The position numbers were made by a program, and so were the translations under genes. From NCBI GenBank assembly GCA_001781205.1, contig MFLE01000014.1:26107-90106 (forward strand): 64,000 nucleotides of DNA, read 5' to 3'. This DNA comes from Candidatus Kaiserbacteria bacterium RIFCSPHIGHO2_02_FULL_49_34. GTDB lineage: Bacteria; Patescibacteriota; Minisyncoccia; Phycocordibacterales; UBA918. This document shows, in pieces, positions 63,666 through 64,000 of the stretch. Every line of letters begins with the position of its first letter. Within the stretch, counting starts at the first letter, position 1. Below the pieces are notes generated by a model that saw only the letters and a list, made by a program, of their open reading frames with translations, ran no database searches and had not been told where the DNA came from.

Positions 63666-64000
63666 TTACGACTGCTTGCGCGCCCGCAGGTACCACTCGC
63701 TGAGCATTTTCACTTGTTTTGCGGTGTAGCCCTTCGCCATCATGCGCCCGACGAAATCGTCGTGCTTTTTCTGGTCTTCCTTGGAGGCCTTGGTTGTTGC
63801 CGTGATAACCGGCAGCAGCTCTTCGGTATTCGAGAACATCTTTTTCTCGATAACCGTGCGCAGCTTCTCGAAATCGGTCCATGCGGGCATTTGGCCTTCA
63901 TGGCTCGACTTCGCGCGGAGAATCCAGTTGACTACCTCGTTACGGAAGTCTTTCGGATTCGACACACCTGCAGGTTTCTCGATTTTCTCGAGCTCCTTGT
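63666..64000 (-). CDS. C-terminal part of a PrkA/YeaG-family serine protein kinase (gene continues beyond the window end)
   Basis: The C-terminal segment …DFRNEVVNWILRAK… and synteny with YeaH and SpoVR downstream. Confidence 0.6.
   Translation of the reverse strand, partial: KELEKIEKPAGVSNPKDFRNEVVNWILRAKSSHEGQMPAWTDFEKLRTVIEKKMFSNTEELLPVITATTKASKEDQKKHDDFVGRMMAKGYTAKQVKMLSEWYLRARKQS

Overview
This 64-kb window looks like part of a small-genome bacterium of about 50–55% GC; the gene content is reminiscent of CPR/Patescibacteria, but that is an inference. It is mostly housekeeping and cell-envelope genes on both strands, with no rRNA or tRNA genes found.

Genes recognised by motif include trigger factor, PheT/PheS, ZnuABC, S16, NusG-SecE, Gmk, Ung, Pgk-TpiA, FtsH, SmpB plus a tmRNA gene, acetate kinase, MscL, phosphoketolase, a Y-family polymerase with a UmuD-like partner, LepB, S21 and a PrkA–YeaH–SpoVR triad. 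Type IV pilus genes are scattered across several loci: two PilB-like ATPases, PilC, two prepilins, a PilM–PilN fusion, a PilO-like and a PilD-like protein.

The most notable non-standard content is:
- An AT-rich inserted island (about 30–40% GC against about 55% in the flanks) that carries an OLD-family ABC ATPase plus a stand-alone TOPRIM-like protein. This is a PARIS/AbiL-like two-gene phage-defence candidate.
- Two unrelated families of short palindromic, MITE-like intergenic repeats. Family 1 has about 4 copies of 130–165 bp; family 2 has 3 copies of about 120 bp with terminal inverted repeats and a conserved GTAC…GTAC core hairpin.
- Two tandem paralogous genes for membrane-anchored surface proteins with eight ~38-aa Asp-box-like repeats each. 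Both share an upstream GTT(A/G)TCCAC-N22/23-TATACT promoter motif with a type IV pilin gene.
- A pervasive leaderless-mRNA promoter architecture, with TATACT or TAGAGT sitting 6–9 nt before the start codon.

All calls come from reading the sequence and the ORF track. No database searches were run.
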